DNA from: Vitrella brassicaformis CCMP3155
Lineage: Eukaryota; Protista; Chromerida
DNA: 64,000 nt
Assembly: GCA_001179505.1 (NCBI GenBank)
Contig: CDMY01000442.1
Coordinates: forward strand, 1 to 64,000
Reading direction: 5' to 3'
The position numbers were made by a program, and so were the translations under genes. Below, piece by piece: positions 24,607 to 36,277 of this stretch. Under the pieces are notes generated by a model. It ran no database searches, was not told the origin of the DNA, and worked only from the letters and a program-made list of their open reading frames with translations. Within the stretch, counting starts at the first letter, position 1; each line of letters opens with the position of its first letter.

Positions 24607-26573
24607 TTACAAAGGTGACGGCGGCAGTGAGGCCACGCCGCCGGTCTTCGGCACGGCAGCATCGGCGGCAGCACACACCGACGGGCTGGCCAGACGCAGA
24701 AACGCGTCAGTGTACTCCTGTTGGCACACACATAGATAGACACGCATAGCACCATCAGTGCGCGAATGTGTTTCGTGTTTGTTCTTGTCTGTCTGGTGTG
24801 CTCTTCTTGTGTACATTTGCTTGGTGTGTACAGGCAGAGGGCACGAAGGCAGAGGTTTCGCTGTCACCCGGGCCGCCCCAGTGGTCCTGCGAACGACGCA
24901 GACACATACGCAAGCGCATTGGCCCGTTGTGTTGTGGCAAAATGCATGGGAGCAAGTCCATTCGCTGACTCACGCGTGAGAATGGCTTGAGTGTGCGGGC
25001 TCGTTTGGACCCGACGGCCACCCCGGTGTGTTGGTGGACCTTGTAGGAGAGGGCAGATGCCAACGACGAACTTACCACACCATCCTCACGCACAGCATTC
25101 TCCTGCACGACACGACACACAGCTGGATGTCTGCCTGCAATGCAGGCCCGTGTCTGTGTCTGTTGTCAAGCGTCTCACCCGCTGGCGTTTGCGTGCATGA
25201 CATCCCTCCTTGGATGGGCCCCACTCGGTTGGTGCGTCGTGCGATAATGACAGCAGCGAGGATGGCGTGTCAGGGGGGCACCCACTGCCGCCGTCACAGC
25301 CATCACCGTCCTCCGACACTGCACACACGCACAGAGGTGTCCACGTCTCCCTTGGACTTCACCCATCCATCCATCCATCCGTGTGACGTGTGTGCATGTG
25401 TGTGTGTGTGTGTGTGTTTGCTTTGTGCATTGCGTACACCATCGCTGCAGGAAAAGTATCTGAGGCAGCTTGACGAGACACTCGTTGCTCGCATGGTGCA
25501 ACTCGAAGTGCAGCTGCCCACACGAACTGCCGTCGCCGAGGGAAGAGCTGTCCTTCATCCACACACAAACAAACAAAGATGACACACCCATGATCGACAC
25601 AAAGAGAAAGACAGAGAAATCAACACAAACAGACGAGTGCGCAGGTGTGACTGACTGACTGCGGTGGGAGTATGTCGGTGCTGTCCACTAGTTCCATGCA
25701 CTGCGTCTGGTCTTCCGTGAGCGACAGCACCTCACTGTCGAGCAGGTTGGCGTCGCCGCCGTCCACAACGATGCGCTCCACCGCCTTGTAGGCCCTCACC
25801 GTCACACTCGACATCCGCCACCTGCACACACACACGCACCGCCACCTCTTCTCTACCATGTTTCTCAGGGGCGGCCAGGTCGCTGACGTGTTTGCGTTGA
25901 GTCCGATGACCGTCCCATCGGTGCGGCTGCTCGACCGCACAAAGATCTGCAGCAGAGATGCGTCCGCACCCATCCATCCATCCATCCATCCATCCATCCA
26001 GTAATCAATCCATCAGCCTCTCTACCGGTGCGAAACGGTGCAGCAACGTGACGCTCCCCATCGCTCCAACACACATCTCGCCACATAACTGCACCAGAGG
26101 AGACCACGGCACATCTCATGGTGCAACGATGCCCCGCCCTCCCTGCTCTGCTCTGCTTTGCTTTGCTTTGCTTTGCTCTGCTCTGCTCTGCTTTGCCTCT
26201 CCCACCCGATGGTGCGTGAGTTGAGAACCCGTTTCGTCCTCGAAGCAACCCATAGACACCACCTCAACACACATTGGGCTCTCGCCGTGATTGTCAACCT
26301 TGACATGGAACCGCTGGCCGGAGCGCAGCAAGACGATCACCTTCTCGTCCGATGAGTCCTCGACAGCCTCACACGACTCGTCCACGAGTCTGCAATTAAT
26401 GCCACGGAGAGCGGGCGGAAACACAAACAGATGTGCTCATCGTCCATCGTGCTCGTTGGCGATTTTGGACGTGCTTACTTCGCCAGGGGGACGTCGCCTT
26501 TCTCATTGAGGAGAGTGGCGGAGAAACACTTACAGTGTGAAGTGCAAGGCACCCAATTCGACGACATCGGCAT
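24607..26573 (-). CDS. Multi-exon orphan protein
   Basis: About nine GT-AG-bounded exons chain in frame from MPMSSNWVPC... through KVIVLLRSGQRFHVKVDN and GQLHFELHHASNECLVKLPQILFLQRW to ...LPPSPL*. No domain recognised. Confidence 0.5.
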
Positions 26574-26736
26574 CTTGTTTTGACCTTTTGTCCCTGGCCA
26601 CCTGTAAACTCTGTGACAAGTGTGGCTGGGGAGGGATGAACAACCCAACGACGCCCCACTAGACAGACAGATTGGAGGCAGGCGTGCCGGGAGAGGAAGA
26701 GGCCCATAAGGTGTCAGTGCTGCTATCTGGGAGGCG

Positions 26737-28263
26737 ATGAATAACCCAACGACACCCCGGAAGACGCCACGGGCGAAGCCAGCGCGGCACACCAAAGGCG
26801 GCGCCCTTTCCTCATCACCGAATCCCAAGCGCCAGCAGCAGCAGCAGCCGCCAGCAGCCAAACCAGATCTGCCCAACCCCTTCGCGTCGACCCCGGCACC
26901 ACCCGCTGGCGAGAGCCCTTCGTCGTATGATGACCCGTTCCCCCTCCTCCCCAGCCCATCGGGCGGATCCGGCCCGCTCCCCGTGCCGCCGTCGCTGTTC
27001 GCATCTGCTGCCACCCCTCGGAGCGGTCGGGGTGTGGAGGATCTCGAGCTGACGGTGCTGTCGTTCGCGCAATGGCTGTCGGACATGCAGTCGCGGTCCA
27101 ACGCGTCCGTCCAGACAATGGCGGCAGAGATGAGCGCCATCAGCCATGGGCTGCAGGCCAACAGCCAGGAGCTGACGGAGCTGAAGCGGCAGACGGCGGT
27201 GGTGCAGCAGTCGTTGCAGAGCCAGATCACGGCGCTGCGCGACAGTTTGTGTGAGGGGTACAGCGAGATAGATAGGCTGGAGAAGGGCAAGTCGGTGTTC
27301 ATGAAGGAGATCAAGATGGAATACCAGAGCCTGCATGACCAGATGCAGTTCAAGACCGTCGAGGTCGACACCCTTCGCACCTCTTACCAGACCACACTGA
27401 CCTCCTTCGACGAACAAATCGACGGCCTCAAACAGGTAGGTACGGTACCAGCTGCCCCCCAACACCAGCCCCACAACCATCTGTCTGTTCTTTGTCTCTC
27501 TCTTTCTGTGGCCGTTCAGGGCGTTCATGATTACCGCCGTGCCTCCCAGGAGCTGCGCAAGGTGTCCCAGCTCAACCAGCAGGCCCAGGCGCAGACTCTG
27601 GCGGCCCTCCAGGCCACCGTCACCCGCGAAGCCGAGGTCTTCACGGGTTTCATCGCCGACCACGAAGAGACCTACACCGACCTCTCTGAGAGCATGGACT
27701 CCGCCAAGGCGAAGCTCACGGCGTTTAGAGAGGAGTTCGAGCAGTGGAAGGACGGCATGCAGGCCAGCCAGCGGGCGCTGCAGCAGGAGATATGGAGCAG
27801 GGAGAAGGACAAGGGGCGAGACCCGCTAGGGGAAGACCAGGAACAGTGCAAGGTGAGTGAGTGCAATGATCTACTGGTCGACGGTGCCTCTCATCCCCTC
27901 TGTGCATCATTCCTTCAGTTGTCGCCGCGCCCGTCGAAGCCGGAGGGTGCGAGTCTGAGGGAGATCGACACTTCCCCTCCGAGACGAGGCGACCATCCCG
28001 ACATGCCCCAGGCCAGACGGGTGGTCATGCCGGCGAGCGGGGGTGGGGGTGGGGGCGGCATGCGGCTCTCCCTTCCCGCCGCAGCACCCAAGGCGACTGC
28101 CAGTGGGGCCCGGCAGGTGGCTGCATTGCTGTCGCCGCGGCTGGATGAGCGGGAGGGTCCGACTGTACCGCGGCCACATGGTCCGTATGTGCGTCCTCCT
28201 CCCCCTCCCCATCCCCAGGGAGGGCCCCATCCCTTCTCGCCGTTCCCGCCTTACCCCTACTAG
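26737..28263 (+). CDS. Coiled-coil protein with Pro-rich termini
   Basis: ORF with two short introns (about 27436-27519 and 27853-27917). Long heptad region LTVLSFAQWLSDMQ...FEQWKDGMQASQRALQQEI with strong GC3 codon bias. Confidence 0.75.
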   Translation: MNNPTTPRKTPRAKPARHTKGGALSSSPNPKRQQQQQPPAAKPDLPNPFASTPAPPAGESPSSYDDPFPLLPSPSGGSGPLPVPPSLFASAATPRSGRGVEDLELTVLSFAQWLSDMQSRSNASVQTMAAEMSAISHGLQANSQELTELKRQTAVVQQSLQSQITALRDSLCEGYSEIDRLEKGKSVFMKEIKMEYQSLHDQMQFKTVEVDTLRTSYQTTLTSFDEQIDGLKQVGTVPAAPQHQPHNHLSVLCLSLSVAVQGVHDYRRASQELRKVSQLNQQAQAQTLAALQATVTREAEVFTGFIADHEETYTDLSESMDSAKAKLTAFREEFEQWKDGMQASQRALQQEIWSREKDKGRDPLGEDQEQCKVSECNDLLVDGASHPLCASFLQLSPRPSKPEGASLREIDTSPPRRGDHPDMPQARRVVMPASGGGGGGGMRLSLPAAAPKATASGARQVAALLSPRLDEREGPTVPRPHGPYVRPPPPPHPQGGPHPFSPFPPYPY

Positions 28264-28619
28264 ACAGACAGACAGACAGATAGCCTGACGAACCTAGATG
28301 TAGGTGGGTAGCGACGGAGGAGCCTGGGGGGCGGATGGATGGATGGATAGGTGTGTGTGTACGTAGCTGTGTCAGAGGGGGATTGCTTCAGATGTGGCTG
28401 GCTGCCTGGTTGGGTGCCTGCATGTGTGATTGAATGCGCGTGTCAATGAATGGACGCTCGGGTGTCTGTCGGATACATGCATTTCACTGTATTATTGAGC
28501 CCATTCAATCGTCACTGATAATATCGTCAATGGGATCCATACGGACGGACGCACAGGCATGCAACAAATCCCCACACAAACACAAACAAACACGTACGCA
28601 GTGCCTTCAGAGTTGGTTT

Positions 28620-28746
28620 CTATCTGAGGTCCTTGAGCGACATGTTGGTGTCTCGCTGCACGGCTGCAGTGAGGAAGTCCCTCTTGTCGACCTGGTTCTT
28701 GTTCTTCCACTCGAAGTAAGGCAAACTCACCACCTACACACACGCA

Positions 28747-28781
<35 letters not shown>

Positions 28782-30513
28782 CATCCTCCCTCTCCTGTGT
28801 GTGTCTTAAGTATTCGTTTGCCTACCTTCCACCCGGCGGCCTCGAGTATGCGTCTCCTCAGGCGTGACTTGAGCGTGAAGCGCCGCGACAACACATAAAA
28901 GTGCGTGAAGCCATCCACCTCCAGGACAACCTACAACCACACACGCAGGCAACGCATAGCATATGTGGGCGAGGCGAGTGCCGTCGATGTCAAATAAAGG
29001 AATAGCTCACCATTTCGTCAGGTACGGCGAAGTCGACCACATAGGGGTAGATGGGCATCTCCTTCTTGTAGCGCACCTGCAGGTCGTCCAGCAGGCGCTC
29101 CACACGCACCTGCATCGTCGACGGAGTGGGGCTGTTGCCCAGCCCCACACCCTTCACGTCACACAGCAGCTTCGACACCTCTGCCGGCAAACCCCGCTCG
29201 CCGATTGCTGCACCGAGGGCCGTGGCGCAGTACTGAATGCACGCATCGATGATGTGTAGCTGTCGCACACACACGCGCAGAGCACAGCACAGCACACTAG
29301 AGGGGTGGAGGACTCACGTGTGGACTCTACACCTGTCTTATTTCAGGCAGCACAAGCTCCGATTGCCTCTTAACGATCTCCTTCATGAGCCGCAGAAAGA
29401 GCGACACGCTCACGTCGGTCCGCTCGCCATCGTCAGCAGGCAGGACGCCGCGCTCATCACATGCCAACGGGGGGTCCAGCACGTCAAGACTCATCTACAC
29501 ACCAACACACACACACACACACACACACAGAGGGGCGAACATGCAGACAGACACCCACAGCTGTGACAGGCTGACCAGTGCAAAAGTGCAGTTGACGAGG
29601 CTCTGCAGCGGCAGATGGGCGATGTGCTTGGGTATCTCGCGAAACAGCAGCACACCCAACAGCCAGTGACCATAGTCCAGCTTGAGCAGCGCAAACACCA
29701 CCGCAGATATCATGGAGGGATCCACCACGCGGGGCCCTCCAATGCCAATGCCCCCCTCAGTCACTTTCTGGCCCATCGTGTCAGCCAGCAGGTCGAGCGC
29801 CAGGTGGTCCCTGAGATCGATGCGTCCGTATGCCGTCACGACGAGCGCCAGCTCGAAGACATTGTAGAGGTGCACCGACCGCCGGATGGTCTCTGTGAAG
29901 GCCATCAGTGTGGAGTCGTCGAGGAACTGGAGCTTGCCCAGGTCGGACAGGAGGCCGCTGATCTGACGGGGCGTCAGGGAGTGCTGCTTCGAGATGGCCT
30001 GCTGACACAGCTTGGTCAGTAAGCTGTGCTGCACCCACCCACCCACCCACCCATCCACACACACACACACACACACACACAGTGAGTCTGTCTGTCTGCC
30101 CGTCGTCCCTCACTGACCTTCTTGAAGGCCACCCTCGCACAGGCGTGGACGACAACACACACCTGCTCGGCCGTGAAGCTCCTGGCCATGGGCAAGGCCA
30201 TCTCGGTGAACTGGTTCCACATGTGCCTGTCCGTCATCTTGGACCGCGACGCCTGGTCCAGCAGAAACGCCATCTGACCGGGTTCGAGGCTCATCGCATC
30301 CCCATCAGACGAGAGGCCCAGCCCGGATGATACTGATAGTTGCGCCTCGGGGCGCGGGCGTGTGTAGAGGGCATCTGCATTGAGGTGCCGGACGGGAATG
30401 CGATGACGGCATGGCGGGAGGGCGTGCTCGACGCCATGCTCGGATGGGATGATGATGATGTGAGTTGGTCTTCGTCTGATGCCTCGGCTGGAGATCTGCG
30501 CGTTCCGAAGCAT
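28620..30513 (-). CDS. RAP-domain protein with helical (HPR/OPR-like) repeats, probably mitochondrial RNA-binding
   Basis: C-terminal RAP motif VVLEVDGFTHFY...FTLKSRLRRRILEAAGWKVVSLPYFEW, preceded by YPYVVDFAVP. Helical repeats such as LTPRQISGLLSDLGKLQFLD and YNVFELALVVTAYGRIDLRD. Basic N-terminus MLRNAQISSRGIRRRP resembles a presequence. Confidence 0.85.
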
Positions 30514-30735
30514 AACACAGGGAGGGGAAGAAGAGGCCTCGCGCAGTGCGGCAGAGCAAGACTAGAGAGAGACTGGAAGCGTGCGGACGTGCGCGCTTGA
30601 AGTTGGCAAGCTTGTGAAAAACAAGATCTGCCATCCTCGCGGTTTCCTTGGCTGCCAAATTGCGATTCTGAGGCCCGCAGGTGTGTTGGTGTTGCTGCTG
30701 TTGAGATCCAGGCAGCCCGCCCGCGTGATTGAGTG

Positions 30736-33197
30736 ATGGATTCTGACGAGGAGTTTCAGTTTGAGAGTGACGATGACGGGTGGGGCGACCAGCAGGAGGA
30801 GGACGAGGAGACCATCAAAATCGAAAACACATTCTACGAAGCCGACGACAACAAACGACACGACCCACAGAAGGTAAGGTACACACGCACACACGTACCC
30901 TATGGCATGGCAGCTGGCCACACTGCACACAAGAGATTGATTGCAACACAACACGACAGGACAGGCAGAAGCAAATGCAACAGATTCATGTGTGTGTGGA
31001 CGTGTGTGTGGTGTGCATGTGCTGTGCGCGTGTGTGTGCTGTGTGCAGGCGCTGTCGCAGTTTTATGAGGTGGTGAGTGCGGAGAAGGCCCGTGGCGATG
31101 AGATCAACTACCGATTCAAAGCCCTACAGAACATCGTCATCCTCTGCTGCAGACTCGGTGACGTACCCTGGCACGCACCACCACGACACACACGACACAC
31201 ACGTCCATTCCGTGCATTCCGTCGGTCCCTACTTACTCCACCAGGTCGTCTGGACGAGATGGCCCAGCAGTACCAGGAGCTGCTGGCCCTGATGGACAAG
31301 GTCACCCGCAACGACGCATCCGACGCTATCAACACCATCCTCGACTCCGTCTCGGGATCGGGCGCATCGGCGTCCGGCGGCGCGGCCGGCAGCGGTGACC
31401 TCAGCAAACTGGAGCGGGTCTACGCACTCACACTCACAAGGCTCAAACAGAACACCAGCAACCAGGTCAGCTGGGCTGGGCGGGGCGAACCAACCTACCG
31501 ACAGATGAGATGAATGAATGACACACAGGGGATGGATGGGTATGTGCCGTGTCTGTGCAGCGTTTGTGGTTCAACACGAGCGTCAAGTTGGCCAAGCTGT
31601 ACCTGGACACGCAGGAGTTCGGCAAGCTGCAGACACTCATCCGCGACCTGCACAAGTCGTGCACCACACCTGACGGAGCCGACGACACATCAAAGGGATC
31701 CGCACTGCTGGAGGTACACACACACACACACTGCACACACACACTAAACACCTGGATGTGTGTGTGTGTGTGTGTGTGTTGTCCGTGTCGCGTAGATCTA
31801 TGCGTTGGAGATTCAGCTGTGCACTGTGACCAAGAATTCGCTGCGCATGAAGGAGATCTACCCCAAGACCATCAACCTCACCTCGGCCATCGCTGACCCC
31901 CGAAATGTCGCTGTCATCCGAGAGAGCGGCGGAAAGGTCAGCTCAGCCTTCAGCCTGCCCCCCAGGGACACTCACACTCACGCACATTCATGAGCTGTGT
32001 GTGTAGCCATTGGCTGAATGTGTGTGTGTGTGTGCAGATGTATATGAGTGAGAAGAAGTGGCAGAGCGCCTACAACGAGTTCTTCGAGGCCTTCAAAAAC
32101 TATCAGGAGACCGGCAGCGGACGGTAGGGAGGCCATCCATGTCTGTCATTCATGTCAGGCATGCTCTTCTTCAGGGGCGAGACAGCGTGATGGACACACA
32201 CGTGTGTGTGTGTTGTGTGCGTGTGTGTGTGTGTGTGATATCAGTGCTCGGATCATGCTCAAGTACGTGGTGTTGGCCAACATGCTGGCCTGCATGGACA
32301 TCAACCCATTCGACTCGCGAGAGGCAAAAGTCTACCAGGTACCATGACATCAACACAACAAACGCATGGCACACAACACACACACACAACCAACTCGAAC
32401 CAACACACACAGGAGGACCCCGAGATCAAGGCCATGTCGGAGCTGCGTCAGGCTTTCGACAACAACGATGTTTCCACCATTGACAAGGTAGGTCAGCCAG
32501 CCAACCACGCCCTCCCTCCCTCCCTCCATCCATCCATCGTGTGTTGTGTTGGTTGATGTGTGGTGTGCAGCTGCTGACCAGTTCCCGAGCGGGCATACTG
32601 CGCGACCCCCTCATCAAAGAGTACCTCGAGGACCTGCTGCGCAACATCCGGTGGGTGCGTCAGTCACTCGTCCACGAAGTGGACACAGAGGTGTGTGTGA
32701 TGTTTCAGGCTGCAAGTGCTGAAGAAGTTGGTGGCCCCCTACCGCACCGCAGGCATCGACTACCTCTCCAAGGTACGCACACCAAACACGACACACGACA
32801 CACGACAGACAGACAGCGTCTGCTCTGTGTGTGTGTTCTGGTGTCGCTCACGTTGCTCCTGCAGGAGTTGAATGTGCCGAAGGACGAGGTGATATCTCTG
32901 CTGGTGCAGCTCATCCTCGACGAGAAGATCAATGGAGGAATCGACGCCACCGGAGGATACCTACAGGCAGGCACACCCATCACCTAACCCATCCTCCCCT
33001 CTCACACGTGATGTGCAGTGCAGTGCACCGGTGCTTTGGCGTGTTGTGTTGTGTGTGTGTCTCTGTTTCTTTAGATGTACACGGAGTCGTCGTCGAATCA
33101 CATGCGCTACAGCAAGTGCAAGCAGTGGGTGGAGACCCTCCAAAAGATCAACAACTCACTCAACTCGAGACTCACCAACATGGCAGGCGCACGATAG
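30736..33197 (+). CDS. CSN2: COP9 signalosome subunit 2 (PCI domain)
   Basis: IENTFYEA; FKALQNIV; RLWFNTSVKLAKLYLD; KGSALLEIYALEIQ; AIADPRNVAVIRESGGKM; EFFEAFKNY; INPFDSREAKVY; LVQLILDEKINGGID. Confidence 0.96.
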
Positions 33198-33873
33198 ATG
33201 AGATGGACACACACACACACACACACACACACCGAGAGGGAGGGAGGGAGGGAGGGCTGCTGTAGTGGGTGGGGGCATCCCTCTGTGCTCGGATCAAGCA
33301 GCAGCAGCGGAAGACAGGACATCTGTGCATTGGCCCGTTGGTTCGTTGGTTCATTGACGTGAGTGACCGTCCTTACTTGACGATCACTTACATACTTGAC
33401 AAACAATGGTGGTGGGGTAGTGTTACATGAGTACTGAAGAATAATGGAGAAGGTGTCCGTCGGACAGGGAGTGCTCGTGTGTGCGTGTGGCGTTTCTGTG
33501 CGTTGCAGCAGTGAGTGCGTGAGTGAGGTAGCTACGTGCTCTGCCTGCCTGCCTGCCTGCCTGCATGCATGACAAGATTTATCCACTTATCAGACTGAGT
33601 CATTGAATTTGACATTCATCGTGTGACATCCATCCTCGTGTGTGTGTGTGTGTCATCGCCAACACAGACACACACACCACAATAATCCCACCGCTTGTCG
33701 GTCGTCTGTCTGTCTGTCTGTCTTTCCACACACATAACATAGACCGACCAGCAGACAGACATCCACCCACTAGCTGTACAGGACACCCACCCGTTCTACG
33801 TAACAAGGTCGGTCACATAAATCCCTCCATCCCTCCATCTTGTGTCCCCCACCCTGGCCACCCACTCAATCAC

Positions 33874-36123
33874 TCACCCATCTTCCATCTCATCTGCCCG
33901 ACCATTGCCCCCGTAGCCGCTGCCTGATGACGGCGGCTGCTGCTGCTGCTGGTCCCCTTGCCCCTCCTTGACCTCTCCTCGGTCACCTGTCTGAGTGTCC
34001 GTCATGCAGGCGCCCACCAGCATGCGGCTGAAGAAGTCCTTCTGGCGCGACTCCGCCTCGCGCAAACGACGCTTGCACTGCATGGCATGAGATGGATGGC
34101 ATGCAGTGCAGTACACACGACATGTGAGAGTGCCACTGTGTGTCTGTGAGTACGTTCTCCAGTTCGCGGCGGATCTCAGCGTTCTGCGGCTCCAGCTTGG
34201 CAGCCTGCGAACGGGAATTGGGTGCGACATGGGTTGTCGTTCGTCTGTCTAAGTCGTGTGGTGTGGTGTGGTGTGGTGTGGTGGCTGACTGCGTACCTAC
34301 CTCGAGCAGGTCCCTCCTGCCCTCCTCGATCGCGCCAAACTCAGTGTTGGCGCGGCCGCGGCGAAACAAGGCCTTGGCGCACCGCTGACCGATAGATAGG
34401 TTTGGCCATAGGTGGACTGACTGATGGCTATGTATGGGAGGTGTGTGGGTGGTGTGGGGGGGGGGGGGGGGNNNNNNNNNNNNNNNNNNNNNNNNNNNNN
34501 NNNNNNNNNNNNNNNNNNNNNNNNNNNNNNNNNNNNNNNNNNNNNNNNNNNNNNNNNNNNNNNNNNNNNNNNNNNNNNNNNNNNNNNNNNNNNNNNNNNN
34601 NNNNNNNNNNNNNNNNNNNNNNNNNNNNNNNNNNNNNNNNNNNNNNNNNNNNNNNNNNNNNNNNNNNNNNNNNNNNNNNNNNNNNNNNNNNNNNNNNNNN
34701 NNNNNNNNNNNNNNNNNNNNNNNNNNNNNNNNNNNNNNNNNNNNNNNNNNNNNNNNNNNNNNNNNNNNNNNGGTCCGTGCAGGTTGAGGTGCCTCCCTTG
34801 CTCACTTACCGGGTCGAGTTTGAGTACTTCGCTGCAGTGGAGGATTGTTGACACCCAATTGCCTTGGCGCAGATACAAACTGACACACACACACACACAC
34901 ACACACACACCGCATGCGCGAATGCGTATTTGAGGTGCGTATTTGTGTGTGTGTGATGTGTGTGTGTGATGCCCACCCACTTGGACAGGTTGAGGTTGAT
35001 GGAGACCTTCATGGTCTTGACCCGATCGGCAAGCTCCGTCGGCGGCTCATCCAGGCCATCGAAATACTCCAACGCCTTACACACACACACACACACACAG
35101 CTGCCGCTGCCGTGAGAGAGCCCCCCATCCATCTATCCATCGCTGCACCCCCATGGTCGGCTGACGCAGCTTCCCCCCCAGCAGTCACCCACCTGTTTCC
35201 TACCTTACCAGGTTATAGTGTTTGTGGGCGTCTTGCAGGTTTCCCTGTACGAGCAAGTGGTTGCCCTGCTCCTTGGCGTCCATGGCCGCCTGCAGCCGCT
35301 CCTCGACAGACATGCTCGACGGCGACCGGGGCTTGGCCGCTATCGACACCAGCTCCACCTCATACTGCAGTCAGTGCATGCACACAAGACACGAAGGCAG
35401 CACAGCATAAACAGACAAGACAACACACGCACAATGAATGGCCTGCGATGCGGTGCGATCGATGTGTCGCGAGCGATAGTGCGTGCGTGCGTGTGCCCAT
35501 GCCATCATGGGGTTGGTTGGCTGGGTGACCTTAATTACCTTGATGGGTGTGTTGGGTGGAATGGCACCGCCTGGTGAGCCAGCGTCGCCATAGGCCAAGT
35601 CGGGAGGAACCGACTAGGCAAACAAGACAAACAAGAGGGAGGACACACGCACACGCACGTTGTTGGCCTACATGTTTGGGTGTGGTGTGTGCGTGTGAGT
35701 GCCCTTAGTATCGGCTGGCTCTATCCAACTGACCACAGAGCACTTTTCCCCGGCCTGCATGGACGTGACGCATTGTTCGAGACCAGGGATGACCGCCGCG
35801 CTGTTGACCGTGTACACCAATGGACAGCCCCTCTCACCTGCACAATCAGCCACACACACACACACACACGCACACGCACAGCAGAAGTAAGTGCACTTCG
35901 TATGAGCTGCCTGCCTGCCAGCCGTACGTGTGGAGTCGACTTTCTCTCCGGTGTCGAGGTAGCAGTCGTAGTGCACCTCAACCTCATCGCCGCCTTCAGG
36001 ACTGACTCAGACACACAACATAGCACACACAAAGATCAAATGAGTCATCCTGCATGTGTGATCTTGTCATTTTCACTTGGGGCCCTCGCCAGGCACAATG
36101 ACCGTCTTACTCTCCAACGTCAT
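33874..36123 (-). CDS. FKBP-type immunophilin with three TPRs (Hsp90 co-chaperone architecture)
   Basis: FKBP fold EVEVHYDCYLDTGEKVDSTR...VIPGLEQCVTSMQAGEK...PPDLAYG...IPPNTPIKYEVELV. TPRs: KEQGNHLLVQGN, INLNLS..YLRQGNW, KALFRRGRA, LEPQNAEIRREL. An assembly gap lies inside one intron. Confidence 0.9.
34472..34771. other. Assembly gap (300 N) next to a poly-G run, inside an FKBP intron
   Basis: Run of N. The flanking exons join in frame (KLDP|RCAKAL), so no coding sequence needs to be missing. Confidence 0.97.
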
Positions 36124-36277
36124 CTGCACCAAAGCTAAGCTTGCAGACCTACCTCAAGCTCGCAGAGTGGCCTCGGCAGAATTGCGTGGTCTAAGGAGGC
36201 GGCAGACGACCCACACCACCCAGCCGGACACCTGCTCCCGAGATCTATTCATCGCCCCTGCTGCAGTGCACTCACTC

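Noticed and set aside
32003-32018. GTAGCCATTGGCTGAA resembling the dinoflagellate spliced leader (CCGTAGCCATTTTGGCTCAAG)
   Set aside because: A short palindromic partial match inside a CSN2 intron, with no SL-RNA donor or Sm site. Likely chance.
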